Origin: Amoebidium appalachense
Lineage: Eukaryota; Protista; Ichthyosporea
Reading direction: 5' to 3'
DNA: 64,000 nucleotides
Assembly (NCBI GenBank): GCA_963693365.1
Contig: CAVNZM010000001.1
Location: 10,566,161 to 10,630,160, forward strand
Numbering within the stretch: position 1 is the first letter of the stretch; each line of letters begins with the position of its first letter. This document shows positions 1 through 27,549 of the stretch, in pieces. The notes under the pieces were generated by a model. That model had not been told where the DNA came from and made no database searches. It worked only from the letters and a program-made list of their open reading frames with translations. The translations under genes were made by a program, and so were the position numbers.

Positions 1-1009
1 GAAAGTCCGAAAATTGTCCCTAACTTTTCGAGGTTAGGTCCATCGATTTATGAAAAATTAGCCCTAACAGGGCAAAACATAATAGAAAAGTGGCACCTAA
101 AAACGGTCGTTGGCTCTACTAGGACCATCCAGGCTGGTGGAGAGCTGCCAAAATGGCACTAGCCAAAAACAAATTTCATACCCTGATCTGGATTGTGAAC
201 GAACCAATCATCAACCGCGTACGCACCTGGTACGCACACATGCCGACAAATGATTCCCGGACTGACGGAAAGTGGAAAAGCGGGCATGGCGCAATTCAGC
301 TTGCCGATATGGTGATCACCCTGTTTTGTGTTTACAGTAATATCTGTATAATATACTTTATATTTATTCTTGTATATACAACAAGTGTTACAATGTATGT
401 TCATGTCAATTGGTCAAAGTCGTGGAGTCTACATATACTGTAAAAGGGAGTCTACTATTATTGTTTGCGATTGTCCATATATGGTGCGTGATAATATATC
501 CGATAATATTCACAAGTTCGTACATGGCGCAATAGCCGTTTATACACGCCATGGTAATAAAGTTGAATTTTTTTTTTTCGAATATCTACACTAGCAGTAG
601 CAATGTAAACAATCTACTAAATATTCCGCAAAAACTGCATCTATGCAATCCCAGTCATTTCTCCATCTCACAGAACAGGATGCTCTAGTGACCAATCATT
701 TTTATGGGCTTTTGGTTACTAAGGCATCTACAGATTACAAACAACACGTGCATAGGACGCGTGCGACTATTCACATCCAGGGTGTGCAATCTCTCTGAGA
801 AGAGATGATGTAGAGAGTAGACTCTTACATATGCAAAGAAGAGCTGCACATTTCAGGTGGCCTTGTCCGTTTTACATTTTTTTTATCTTCTTTCCACACC
901 CCCCCCCGCCCCCCCCGCCCCCCCTCTCCCCACTCCCCCCCCGCCACACACATACACACACACAAACACACGCGCGTGCGCGCACACACACGCACACACA
1001 CACGCACAC

Positions 1010-1041
<32 letters not shown>

Positions 1042-1249
1042 GCGCACACACACACACACAACCATGGCCACCCGCCCGTGGGCCTACCCCCACCGCCCCG
1101 GAGGATGGGCACTGCTTATTTTTATGATCTCTCTCTCGAGCTCCCTCCCTCCCTCCCTCCCTCCCTCCCTCCCCCCTCCCTCCCTGTCATCTTCCCATGA
1201 TTAACGGCAAGACTTAGAAGTTGACTGGAAGCGTGCTGGGCCCATAACC

Positions 1250-2573
<1,324 letters not shown>

Positions 2574-2929
2574 CGCACGCACACGCACAAGTACACGCAC
2601 ACGCACATGCATGCACACGTGCACGGTGGCATACACACGCACACACACACTCATATATGTAGGGCACACACCCGCCAACACGAAACAAACAACCATGTAA
2701 TAAGTATTGCGTGTATTATACCCAGCACCAATTTGAAAGCCATGACCGCTCGCGCCTAACACAAGCACATACTGTACCACACCGAATTGAATAAACTTGT
2801 TATTAAGATCTATTTCACTGATCGATCTTGAATTTTTTTTATTGTGGGGGGAGGGAGCCTGTACACAGCCGTCGGGCGGGGAGGAAAGAGCATCGAAGTC
2901 ACTGGTAACCGGACACACATGTGCTACAG

Positions 2930-5449
<2,520 letters not shown>

Positions 5450-7019
5450 CACGGCCCTCTGAAAAAAGACGGCCTGGGCGGGGCCAATTTGTCCGAATGA
5501 GGAGATTGGTATTTGAAGCCACCGATTTGAAACCTTCGCGGCTGAAAACATAGTAAAACGGTATCTGTGGTAACGAACACAATGAGAAGAAAACCTTTTA
5601 TAAACGAGAAAACGGTGATTTAGCTGATAGAATTCGCAGCAAAATACACCCTTACTACTGTCTCATATTCACACGTACGCGAGCGGCAATAGTCGCCGAC
5701 GGAATGCAAAATGTGACAGGTACATCTAACACACATAAACATGGTATCTTAGAGAGTGGTGGTATACAACAACGCAGGGAGGAAAAACTGTGGGAGAGCC
5801 CATAGCTAAGGCAACTGCTATCTGCTACTAGGCTACTAGTACTGCTAAAGTCAATCTGATGGCACTATTATACTACTATTTGTGTTAGGGTTGTTACTAC
5901 ATTCTAACCCGTTAACATTGTTTGGGCAGTCAACTCTTTGTGCACCACCGTGCACTGCTATGCCCGGTAACTACCCATTGCACTATTATACAAAAACTAC
6001 ATACCACTAGCACTATAAACTAGTACTAGTAAAACTAATACTGCCGAAGTTCTGCAAGATAAGCTTCTACTGAGAATCGAACTCAGCATCTTCCACATCT
6101 AGGCTGGCAAGAATGTCACTGTCGCTGTCTGATGGTACCGTGTATGCTGGTTGTTCGACAACAGGATTGCTGGGAGGGGGCACCGCTTGTGGTTGGGCTA
6201 CTCCTCTTCCCCTTCCTCTATTGCCTCCCTTTGCTCCCCCCCTCTCTCCTCTTGCCCCCCCCCCCTTCCACCCCTGATCGCTCCATTTCCCTTCCCCCTC
6301 GACGCCTTCCCTGCTGTTGCGTGACCACCCCTGTTTCCCCCGGCACGGCTTCTGACGCTGCTGCCGCCGCCGCCTCGAGAGTTTTTGCTTTCCTGTTTGC
6401 TTTGTTGGGGGGCTTTCTTCGCAAGTGCGTGTCCGCATTGCCCGCACGTTTCCGCAAGACTTGCATCGTCATGGTGGATTTTGACTGCGTACTCGCACAG
6501 CAGCACAGCTACGGTTCTGTGGTTGCCTGCGGGTAGATATGTAGACACGACCGGTCCCAGCAATGCCTCAAGCACTACGTAAACTCGCCTAACAATCCTG
6601 CTTGCAACCCGGGACGGGTAAGTCACACCTCCCCGTGATGTAGCTTGAATGAGGCGGAAATGCGTGTCGTTTTCAATCTCATAGTCGGATCCGTGGTCTC
6701 CAGTGGTGCACGGCACGAGGTGCATCCCACACCACGCTCACCAACTTGAACTGCGTGGACGCAGAATCCGGTGCGGTAGGCTAGCACTTGTGGTTTCTGT
6801 ATTGCCATACCAATGTTGTACAAAATGGTCCCCCACATGGTGTTGTACAACGGAAGTATACTTTCCAACGTGATTGTTTTCCGCACGCTCGTTAACGCTG
6901 TATTTACGTCCTTAAACAGACCGAGTCTGCAACACTAGTGCCCGTCTGCACCGCTACCTTCGCCAGCTTCTGCACCCGCATCTTTTTGACTGCCTCCAAG
7001 GTCTGTGCGTATGTGTACG

Positions 7020-7152
<133 letters not shown>

Positions 7153-7154
7153 AC

Positions 7155-7200
<46 letters not shown>

Positions 7201-7208
7201 CGTGTGTG

Positions 7209-7317
7209 TGTTGGAATACGTATCAACGTAACCAGCAAGAGACTTGAAGTATGTGTATGTGTCTTAGCTTTGTTTGTATTCGTGTCTTGTTTTCTCTTTT
7301 GTGCTCTCTTCCTTCCC

Positions 7318-7353
<36 letters not shown>

Positions 7354-8087
7354 CCCCCCCCCCCCCCCCCCCCCCCCCCCGTATCTCTCTCTCTCCCCCT
7401 TGTTTCTGTGTGCACAGATAATGTAGATCTGTGCACACCTGGCTCCCTTGCCTGTCAGGATGTGTTGTGTTTTACTTGTGTTTGCTCTCCTCTGTTTTGC
7501 TGTGAGTAGAGTGATTGGCTAGCTATCTTTGTTGTCTTTGTTTTTAGGTCGAAATAGGAGGGCTCACCAATAGACGGGAGTGGGCCGATCTACAGACCGT
7601 GGGGTTGCATTCCTGTCTATTAATATACGTGTTTTGATTAGACACATTGGATCTGTTTGAATTCGTTTCCCATGATGTGTCCTCACTCTGAGAGTGTCGA
7701 CTATTAGGAAATATATGAAGTTTAGATGAGTTTCTCTATAGGGACAAATGTAAATATCATGTGCATTAATAGTGACAAGTTGTTTGAGTTACTTAATTTA
7801 TTTAAGTAGAGTTTATAAACTTCTGTTGTGCTGGAAGTTAGAAAGCGTTTCTAGATTGGAATGTATTGCTCTGTACTACTTGAAGAACCCGATTGGTTCC
7901 CTTCTTTTAGTTGAGATGAGATGATGAATGGGCCAGAACAAAAAGGCCCGAGAATGCAATAAACGTTAGTTGTTGTTTCAAACGTTCTTGTGTCGTGAAC
8001 AAGTGTGATTGCCCTCTCCAAATTGTGTTTGTCGTATTTACATGACACCTCTGTGCACTCTGCTCCCTTAAGACCCGTACAAAACAA

Positions 8088-8089
<2 letters not shown>
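7209..8089. mobile_element. Solo LTR, family A (diverged copy, opposite orientation to the 12632 copy)
   Basis: TGTTG...CAACA termini; homologous over its length to 12632-13524; flanked by GTGTG on both sides within a (GT)n tract. Confidence 0.85.
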
Positions 8090-8141
<52 letters not shown>

Positions 8142-8359
8142 GCGTGTGCGTGTGCGTACGCGCGCGCCAGGGGAACCGGGCCCTTGGGGGGGGGGGGGGG
8201 GGGGGGAGGAGGGTAAAGGAGGGAGGGTGGAGGGGGTGTGGGGGGGACAAAGACACGGGAAGGGAGTATTAATATACGTGTATATTTATTTTTTTGGGGT
8301 GGGGGGGGAGGAGGGGGGGGGGGGAGGTTCGTATATGTGAGATGGTGGGTGGATGGGAG

Positions 8360-11300
8360 TGTAAACAGTTGGACTAGTTGGGATAAGGCAGAGAACAACT
8401 GAATCAGAATAAAGACAGAGAACGGGTAGAAAGGCACACGCGGCCAAGTTGCTTTTACTATGGGCCGACTCAGTCTGTCTCAGACTTCACTGATGTGATC
8501 CCCGTACTGGGACGGCTTTCTTATATAGCCCCCAGGTTTCGGATCAAGGCCCAGGATTGGTTCATCCGCGGCCAGCGCGGGTGGCAACATGCCATTCGTG
8601 ATTCTGGTGCGGTCCGAGCCAGTCAGACCTTTGTCCTATTTATGCAAACCTCTTATTGGTTCACTTCGTTTATGTGGTATGCAGCTGAAGAACCATATAT
8701 GGTTCAATTCTTAGGTCAGAGTGAGTCCTATTGGTGCGGACATAATATTTATGTGATATTCATGACAAAGCACGAATCGTGTGCTAGTAGATCACATTCT
8801 TTAGTAAACATGTACAGTTCATGTGTACAGTTGTTTACACTCCCCCCCTTGTCGGGAGCCTGGTGGTGTCGTTAGACAAGCAAACCACCAGGCTGAGAGG
8901 CGATAAACAACCTTCAGCGAGAATTCTTGTGTGTGCCGAGCTGCTGGACAGAACAGAGCAAGGACGGTGGAATAGAGTTGTGCACGTCTATGAGCACTTC
9001 TTCATTTGCCAAAACGTAAATTCATGCAGCATTCTTCTGTGATTTCATTTTCGTGGCGAAGATTGTTGCAGAGTGTGCGTGCGAATAATTCGCTAAGCCT
9101 TCGTCTCTGTGCTTGGCTTTTCTGTAGAAGTAGTATTTTCCTTTTTGGGAATTTTTCCTTTTTAGGATACTCCCGCAGATTCGTTTTCAATTGCGAGTAA
9201 TTTGGTTGTGTGGATGAATGATCATACCAAACATTCGATAATGAATATAACTCGAGCCTTAGGTCACTTCGTAGCTCAGGTAGTGGTGGATAGCTTCAAG
9301 GCTTAGCCGCTGCTCCTTATCCCGGTTCTACCGTAAGACTGTAAGGCGAGTCACCATGGCCGGAAAAGCCACTTCTTTCATGAACAAAGAGCACTTCTTT
9401 CCTTTCAGCTTTAACCCTGCATCATCGGAGCTGGGAAAAACAGAATAAAAATGCCCAAGTGTTCTTCGTTGGGCGACATAAAGAAATATATCACCCGTCA
9501 GAACCAGTAAAAGCCCGGTTCATAATTCATAAGAAGAGGGTAGGCAAAGCAAGCCTCCTTCAGAAAACACATGCTTCCATTCGTGAGCAGTTTTCGTATC
9601 CCATTTGCCAGCCATTTTCGTTGAGCAGGGGGATTCCAGGCATAATACATTCTTCTGGAGGCTTGGCCTAAAAAGAAAAGTCGTCGGAGTCGCCCTTTCT
9701 TTTGTAAGCAACTTCGTGAGCGCGCTTCGTGTTTTCATATCCTCCAGTGCAGGTCTGGATGGTGCCCCATCCTCTGCTTCATTTGTAGGTGGCCCTACTG
9801 TAGGTTCTGTTCGTTGTGTGGAATACCAAAACCATTCGTATTCGTGGAACTGCTTTGTGCTGTGCTTTCTTTCGTGTTGGTGTTCATGAAGTTACCCCGT
9901 TCACACACCCTACTTCTTACATACATTAGATGTAAGTAGCTGCCTGGTGAGTGTGTGGTTCGTGTTCGTGGCATTCTTCTGTTCCTTCGTGAGAAGAATA
10001 TTCGTTTTAGCAGAGGTGCCCAATAAGGCAGCTTGTGGGGTTGTCTCCCGCATGTGCCCATTGGTGGGGTATGCACGTGCTAAATTGTTACAGTGTCATC
10101 ATATTGCAAGGGAATAACATGGTCACCTCCGTACCAGGGCCTAGTAGGTACACATGATGGTCCGATGTGTTAGTCAACAACACCTTGCATTCGTATTCGT
10201 ATTTGTCTTCCACGTCACTTTCTTCAGTAGTGAAGGAGGGTATTCGTAATTCGAAACTGAAAGGCTTCCAGCCAAAATACTGACACTGTATGATGGGGTT
10301 GTGAGGGAGCGGTGCCCATACCACATTCTTTTGTTCTGGTGGGGGTGTGCCGGCAGCTAGTGCAAGGCTTGACAGTGTAATTGGTATGTTACACCGTATT
10401 GCCACAGACGGGCATTCACCTTAAAATTCGTACCCAACACCTTCTTTGTTTTTCACATGCATGAACAAAAGTTCTGCATCGACTTTATTACATGCCTTTT
10501 GTGCACCAAGAGTGCAAATTCGTTAGGGCGTGGCACCAGGAAGGGCCGCCATACATGAGTCAGGCATATGTTCGTAATGTGTTTAGGCATGCCAGCATAC
10601 ATTCATGCGCATGTTGTGCATCCTGGGCGCTAAACTATGGGGCATGCTGTATTCGAGAACAGCAAGGGATTCGAAGCATGCATGCAACACTACTTTCATA
10701 AGATCTTAGGTCCTACATGCTATAGCAACAGCGACTATCTTCTTCGTTAAGTGCATTTGTGCTGAAAGTGGCCGTGCATCTGGCTTGCGAGTGTGGACGT
10801 GCATGCGGTGGCATGGACACGATGGCAGTGTGCAATAGGGCAATGCACGCAAGGGCAACGGTTTTATTTTCTTCCTAACATAGAGGGGGCTGTGTGCATT
10901 GCAACCCAAGCAGTGTTGTGCATTCGTCCTTTCATTTTCGTATTTCCAGTTCATTTTGCTTTCGTTTTTCGTTTTTTGTCGTTTGATAACTTCGTTACTT
11001 CGTTTTGTTTTCGTGTTGCATTCATTTCGTATTTCCTCTATGCAATCGTTTGTCGTTAATTCTTTATTTCATTGCGTATTCGTGATGGTTCGTTTTTCGT
11101 TGGTTCATTGCTTCGTTAGCAATTCTTTATTCGTTTGTTCGTGTATTCGTTGTTTCGTTGTGTATTCGTTTTTCTTCACATTTTTGATGTGTCGTAGCAA
11201 AAGAAGTTTTACATGCTTTCAATTCTTTCCGTGTAGGTGGGCTGGCCACTTCAAACTTGTAGGTGTATATATTCTAAGCCGGACAAGGAAAGATGTGCCT

Positions 11301-11958
11301 ATCATCGGGGTAAAAAGGATTGTGATCGGCCATGGGAGATTCTTGAGCTGATTGAAAGATGTGAGATTCTTGAACTGATTGAAAGATGTGAGATTCGAAG
11401 GATGCGAGATTCTTGAACTGCGCGGTCGCCAATGTAAACAGTTGGCAATGTAAAACAGTGTCCTGCCGCGGTCGCCAATGTAAACAGTTGGACTAGTTGG
11501 GATAAGGCAGAGAACAACTGAATCAGAATAAAGACAGAGAACGGGTAGAAAGGCACACGCGGCCAAGTTGCTTTTACTATGGGCCGACTCAGTCTGTCTC
11601 AGACTTCACTGATGTGATCCCCGTACTGGGACGGCTTTCTTATATAGCCCCCAGGTTTCGGATCAAGGCCCAGGATTGGTTCATCCGCGGCCAGCGCGGG
11701 TGGCAACATGCCATTCGTGATTCTGGTGCGGTCCGAGCCAGTCAGACCTTTGTCCTATTTATGCAAACCTCTTATTGGTTCACTTCGTTTATGTGGTATG
11801 CAGCTGAAGAACCATATATGGTTCAATTCTTAGGTCAGAGTGAGTCCTATTGGTGCGGACATAATATTTATGTGATATTCATGACAAAGCACGAATCGTG
11901 TGCTAGTAGATCACATTCTTTAGTAAACATGTACAGTTCATGTGTACAGTTGTTTACA
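8360..11958 (-). mobile_element. Non-autonomous Ty3/Gypsy-derived LTR retroelement (480-bp LTRs at 8360-8839 and 11479-11958)
   Basis: Apparently identical LTRs TGTAAACA...TGTTTACA; TSD GGGAG; [14 protein letters not shown] at 8840-8850 (-); PBS next to the 5' LTR; RT scraps MNRAFTG, EEHL and AGLKLKGKKCSLFMKEVAF at ~9360-9520. Confidence 0.93.
11460..11477 (-). other. Primer-binding site, probably tRNA-Arg(UCG)
   Basis: TGGCGACCGCGGCAGGAC, 1 nt inside the 5' LTR. It is complementary to ...GTCCTGCCGCGGTCG-CCA, recalled as a eukaryotic tRNA-Arg(UCG) 3' end. Confidence 0.75.
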
Positions 11959-12037
11959 GGGAGTCCCTTGCAATGTATGAATGTATCCACACACACCCCC
12001 CCCCCCCCCCCTCCCCCGTCTCTCTCCCTCTCTCTCT

Positions 12038-12152
<115 letters not shown>

Positions 12153-12631
12153 CCCCCCCCCCTCCCCCCCCCCCCCCCCCCCCCCTCCGTCCCCTCCCCC
12201 CAAGGCACCCCCACCCCCTTCTGCCTCTCCCCTCTTTAATTTTTCCCCTAATTTTTCTTTTCTTTCCGAGTCTTTTTTTTTTTCATTTTTTTTTTTTTTT
12301 TGGTTGTTGCTGTTGTTATTACTTACAACTAGCATGACATCATTGATTGGGTGGGTTGGGTGGGTGTGTATGGGGGGGGGAGGGGGGGGGAGGGGGGAGG
12401 GGGGATGTAAGTATCATCAATGGTAGGAGATATTGGAATAAAAAAAACATGTAATTGCTAAAGCTTGACATGTACAATACCTGGCCGGTTCCAACATTGT
12501 AGTTCCCGCCACTGTACTGCCTGATGGTTCCAAATGCACCCTCAAGGGGGTCGGTTTGGAACTTCCTTGTCAGCACAAACTTGTGCATGCCGCTGTCAAG
12601 TAGGTAACGGATCAAGCTCGCCTGCATGCAG

Positions 12632-13381
12632 TGTTGTTTTTGTACGGGTCTAAGGGAGCAGAGTGCACAGAGGTGTCATGTAAAACACGACTAACACATT
12701 AATGAGAGGGCAATCGGAGTTGTTCACGAGACATTGAAAGATTCAAACAACAACTGATTCTTTATTGTGCTCTCGGTTCCTTTTGTACTTGCGACTTATC
12801 ATCTTATCACAACTAAAGAGGGAGAACCAATCGGTTCTATCAGAAGATAGAAAAACACATTCCGACAGAGCATACACATTCCAACTTCCGATTAAACTAA
12901 AGTGTAGAAACTCTTACTTAAATAAATTAAGTTATTATACATCTAGTCACTATTAATATATATTAATGTTCGTCTCTATAAAGAAACTCATAGTATTTAA
13001 ATACATATATTTCCTAATAGTCGACACTCTCAAAGTGAAGACACTTTGCAATAAACCGAATTCCATATATATCTATTGTCCAATCACAACACACATATAT
13101 TAATAGACAGGAATGTACAACACGATCTACAGATGTACTCTCTCGCGACTATTGGCGAGCCATCCTTTTGAGAACAAAACTAAGCCCTTTTGAAATAAAG
13201 GAAAGACAACGAGTGTAGCTAGCCAATCACGCTACCTCTCAGATAAACAGAGGAGAGCAAACAGAAATAAAATACAATAAGTTCTTATCAGGCAAGAGAG
13301 CCAGGTGTGCACAGATCTACAGATATCTGTGCTCACAGAAACAAGGGAGAGAGAGATTTGGGGGGGGGGGGGGGGGGGGGG

Positions 13382-13432
<51 letters not shown>

Positions 13433-13524
13433 ACAAAGAAGGAAAGCAGACACGAATACAAACAAGCTAAGACACATACATACTTCAAGGCTCTTGCTGT
13501 CATACATGGTGACGTATTCCAACA
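12632..13524. mobile_element. Solo LTR, family A (893 bp)
   Basis: TGTTG...CAACA termini; exact 5-bp TSD TGCAG at 12627-12631 and 13525-13529; contains poly-G and (GA)n. Confidence 0.92.
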
Positions 13525-14929
13525 TGCAGACAATAAAATTTGCAGTCAGATCTCTACCTCGTCCGGTTTCAGCAGCCCCCCTCCCTCCCCCCCGCCCCCC
13601 TCTCCCCCTTTTCTTAAACCCTTCAATACCACCACCACCCTACCACCACCAGTGCCAGTAATGCCCACTCAAAAAAATTTAAGAAGAAAAGTTACTATAT
13701 TAGAAGTTTTTGGGAGGCCGGGTTCAAAGGGAAGGGGGGGGGGGGGGGGGGGGGGGCTTGTGTATGAGGATAAGGAAATTTAAGAAGGGAAATGAGGGGT
13801 GTTGATATTTGGAGGGGAGGGACGGGGGGGGGGGGGGGGGGTAAGAGGGGATTACACAGGCTAGGGGGAGGGGGGGGGGGGGGGGGGGGGGTAACCAACC
13901 ATGGTCCTGCTGGTGAAGGCAAGCGACCACCGTGTTTCGTCTGTAAAACCCCCCTCTCCTGCCGGCATTTTCACCCACTCTGCGAATTTTTCCAACCATA
14001 CGAGCCGAGGGCCACTGCTGCTAGTGAATGCAGCACACCACAGGTCCATTTTGCGTGCGGCATATGAGGTGGTGCAGATGTTCATTAGCTTCCACCAGCG
14101 TGCGATTTGCTTCAGAAAATCTGCCGTGTGTTTAAACTTGGGGTTGTGCACTACGTGATTTTCAAGCGCCGCAATGGTGGACTCGTGAAACACTGCTAGA
14201 GCAAGGGGGACCTTCTGCTTTTTGAAATTGTTGGGCCATAGCACGGTGGGGTTGAGTTTGTACGCCTCTTTGAGTGCCTGCCTGCGCTCCGACTCGTACA
14301 TGGTGATTAAGTCCTTAAAACAGGCTGTGCCCCCTTCGAACGACAGACTCACTGTTTTCCCGTTAACCACCCACTCAAACTCGAAAGGGTGAAAGGTGGT
14401 CGACTGTAGCGCGTCCTTCTGGTTCAGCCAGTTGTTGCGTATGCACTTGAGTATGTGCACCGGGTCCGATAAGCTTTGTTGGGTCTGTAGGGTGGTCGAC
14501 ATAGGCATAGGCAGGTGTGTCTTTGTAGCCGCTTACGTTGGCCAGCTTACGAAACAATGCCCGGTTTATGGAATTGTTATGAGCAATCACAGCAACAACA
14601 TGAAGATCGGCATTAAACCATGGCCTCCAGTCCGATGGTGGCTTCAGATACTACCGTAATCGCTCGGGGTTCGAAATGTGACGTCACTCCGCCCAGGCCG
14701 TCTTTTTTTCAGAGGGCCGTGGCTGAGGCTAATAAATGCTACAACTGTAGGTGTCCTTCTGGCGAAAAATGTATTCATAGATGAAAACGCTCCCTTGGAT
14801 CGGTCACCTTGTACGGAACCAATAAAAATCAGGCATTTTCGAAAGAACCAGATGTGGAACAGAGGGTGTATAGGGATGGTGGGTGGGGAAACAAGAAATA
14901 GAAAAAAAGGTGCTCAGTAATCAAGGGCG

Positions 14930-15050
14930 ACTGACTGAGCTGATGAGAACTGCCATTGATCTGGCTGCTATATATACCTGCGCGTGGAAGCCCAGATCAA
15001 GATCCGATTGGCTGGACCTGAACCGAACAAACAAACCCGCGAGCCAATCG
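14930..15050 (-). promoter_or_regulatory. Pol II promoter-like module (CCAAT, TATA, TCAGT initiator), possibly the terminal repeat of the decayed element
   Basis: CCAAT boxes at ~15007 and ~15044; TATATATA at ~14969-14976; TCAGTCAGTC ~30 nt downstream on the minus strand. Same layout as in the 480-bp LTR. Confidence 0.5.
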
Positions 15051-15104
15051 GGGGCTAGCTGAAACACACCTACCTACGTACTCCACTACCCACAAAAGGA
15101 AAGT

Positions 15105-17245
15105 GATCGTGCTATTAAACCTGATCTTACTATTATGTTAAGCTCTCTCTTTTCTTGGTGTTTTAAATGTGGACATGTCCCGTCATCTTGGTTAGATACC
15201 TTAGTGATCCCCATAGTTAAGAAGGACTCTGATCATGAGGGCCCCATATCATCTTTTCGCCCCATCACACTAACCCAGGTTGTTCTTAGATTCTTTGAAG
15301 CTTGCTTGCTTAGGTTATTTGCACATCACCATAGGTTTCAATCTATTCTTCACATACACCCATGCCAATCCGCTTTTCGTAAGAACAATTCATGTTATGT
15401 TCAAATAATGGCACTGCACGATTCTATGCAAGTTGGTGCACGATATGTTGGCTTTATTGATTGGAAAACTGCTAAGTTACGATTCTGTCTCCCCTGGTCT
15501 CCTATGGGAAAAGCTTGCTGCACGAGGTGTACCACACTGCATTGGTGTTTTGTTAGAAGCACTCTTGTCTCAAACCTATGATAGAGCTGTGGTTAATGGG
15601 CACCTTTCATATGGTTTTGCTCGTACTAAAGGTCTCTTGCAGGGTTCATTGCTTAGCCCCTTTTTGTTTAACCTATTTATAGATGATTTGGCTGTCAAGA
15701 TTTATGCCGAAAATGGGTGACCCTATTAATAACTTTCCGCCTGCACTTCTCTATGCTGATGATCTGTCCCTCCTTGCCCGTACCCCTAGACGCCTGCAAA
15801 GATTGTTCGATGTAAAGTGTCAGAGTGGTGCAAGGCAAACCTTATGATCCTTAACATAGACAAATGTGGTGTTCTTGTACCTGATATAGCTAACAATTTA
15901 CACACATTTACATTATAAAAAAAAAAAAAACGGGGAAAAACGGGGAACCCCAACTAATTGATTTTTCTTAAGTCTTTATGGTGTCTCTTAGAGAAAGCCT
16001 TAACCTTGATATATAGTTATCACCCGACATCTATGTACGTGATCATGATATACCGCTGAGGGGATATTCCGAGCAAAACCCCCCCATACCTGAGACTGGT
16101 CTCTCTTTGCCTCGAGTAAACAGCGCAAACCCCCATTATCATCTAAACCTGTACCTATAGTTCCAGAATACTGGCAAATATCTTGGTGTTCCGGTTATTT
16201 CTGTTGGTGTTATGTTTTCCCATATGGTCGAAAAGAGGGTAGAGCTGGCTCGTAAGAGGTTAGCGGCTTTCTTCTCGGCTAATATTTTTAAAGTCACGCC
16301 CCTCCATCCTTCTATTAGACTTACATTTATTCGCATTTTTGTCTTCCCGGCATGTGAATATGAAATAGAGCGCTTAAACCCTTGGCATATTTCCTTGAAG
16401 CAGAAGTTGCCTCCTTTCTATCTAACAACCGTTGTAAACGTGGGCCTGTAACGCTCTCGACATATGGTCTGGTCCCAATAGCTGCTAGAGTATCCCACCT
16501 CGCGCTGAAATTCAATAAGCACATAAGCTGCTTAAAGAAGTATTTGCCCTCCCACCCTCTCTCTCTATCCGACCTGTCCCCTCCTCACCTCTCCCCTCTT
16601 TCCTTCCCTCTCTCTCCCCTTCTCCCCCGGGCACAAATACAAATAAACCCAGCAAAAGTGTGCGTGTGACTTTGGACTGCCACTTACTTATTAGATATGT
16701 ACACAATCAAAAGATAATTACGCAATATAACAATGGAAAAAGATACCACACGACACCAGACCCGATGAAAGCATACACCTTGAAAAACTAAGCCTTATGT
16801 CTCGTTTTATATATAATGACCGCCTTTACCATATTGCCAAATATGGCACTCGCAAATGTGTAACACCTAAATACATATTACCTTCCTGTAGAATTGGTCT
16901 TTCTCTAGCTGATGGTATTATTGATCAGTACCACGCTTTTACTGTACACGTGCTATACAGTGGAGATCTAATAATAAGTATAAGGTGGCATCGTTTGCAT
17001 GCCCAAACAACACACACACACACCAGTTTAAACGGTCATGTATCGCCAATAGTAGTTTGTAGACCACATAATATCGCAACACACACACGTCACATTCACA
17101 ACAGACACCCAGAAGGATAGCCTACCGGAAAATTACAACAACCTTGATTTTATACTAAACACGCGTAACTACGACCTGTTTATTAGATGTATTGATTGGC
17201 TTGAGAAACACATCATTACAAAATTCTAGCGCGCACACACACACA

Positions 17246-17302
<57 letters not shown>

Positions 17303-17550
17303 CCAGCTGATACCGAGTGTCCCAGGGGAGCCCGAAAAAAAAAAAAAAAAAAAAAAAAACGGGGAACCCCAACTAATTGATTTCTCTTAGTCTTTATGGT
17401 GTCTAGTAGAGAAAGTAAACCCTGATATATAATCATCACCCGACATATGATGTACGTGATCATGATATACCGCTGAGGGGATATTCCGAGCAAAAACCCC
17501 CCATACCTGAGACTGGGCTCTCTTTGCCTCGAGTAAACAGCATAAACCCC
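15105..17550 (+). mobile_element. 5'-truncated non-LTR retrotransposon (LINE family 1) with frameshifted RT
   Basis: VPSSWLDTLVIPIVKK, FRPITL, QSAFRK, YDSV, GLLQGSLLSPFLFNLFIDDL, LLYADDL, LNIDKC, KYLGVP. The 3' UTR has (CA)n, A25 at 17335-17359 and a 191-bp tail ending AAACCCC. Confidence 0.92.
15917..16133 (+). mobile_element. 217-bp 3'-terminal copy of LINE family 1 inserted into the RT of the same family
   Basis: Homologous to 17335-17550. TSD CATTAT at 15911-15916 and 16134-16139; removal restores FTLSSKPVPIV..KYLG. Confidence 0.88.
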
Positions 17551-17584
17551 AACACAATTTACGTCAATAAATTCCACAAATCAA

Positions 17585-27441
<9,857 letters not shown>

Positions 27442-27460
27442 TGTGTGTCTGGCTCTCTCC

Positions 27461-27496
<36 letters not shown>

Positions 27497-27549
27497 ATCA
27501 CCCCCTCACCATATATTACTTTAAACTCTGCTAATTATTTTAGCACACG

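Noticed and set aside
153-594. Short ORFs at the window start
   Set aside because: No recognisable motifs; context is truncated by the window edge.
8495-8875. Duplicated 'gene' [10 protein letters not shown]... (also at 11614)
   Set aside because: Incidental ORF within the two LTRs.
10088-10405. dUTPase-like ORF (VLLTNTSDHHVYLLGPG)
   Set aside because: No dUTPase catalytic motifs; more likely a decayed protease-RT linker of Gypsy pol.
14912-15070. Hammerhead ribozyme or C/D snoRNA (hairpin + CTGATGAG ... GAAAC, two internal hairpins)
   Set aside because: Stem II does not pair properly and no stem III/NUH partner lies upstream. The region is better explained as a minus-strand CCAAT/TATA/Inr promoter. 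An Infernal search would settle it.
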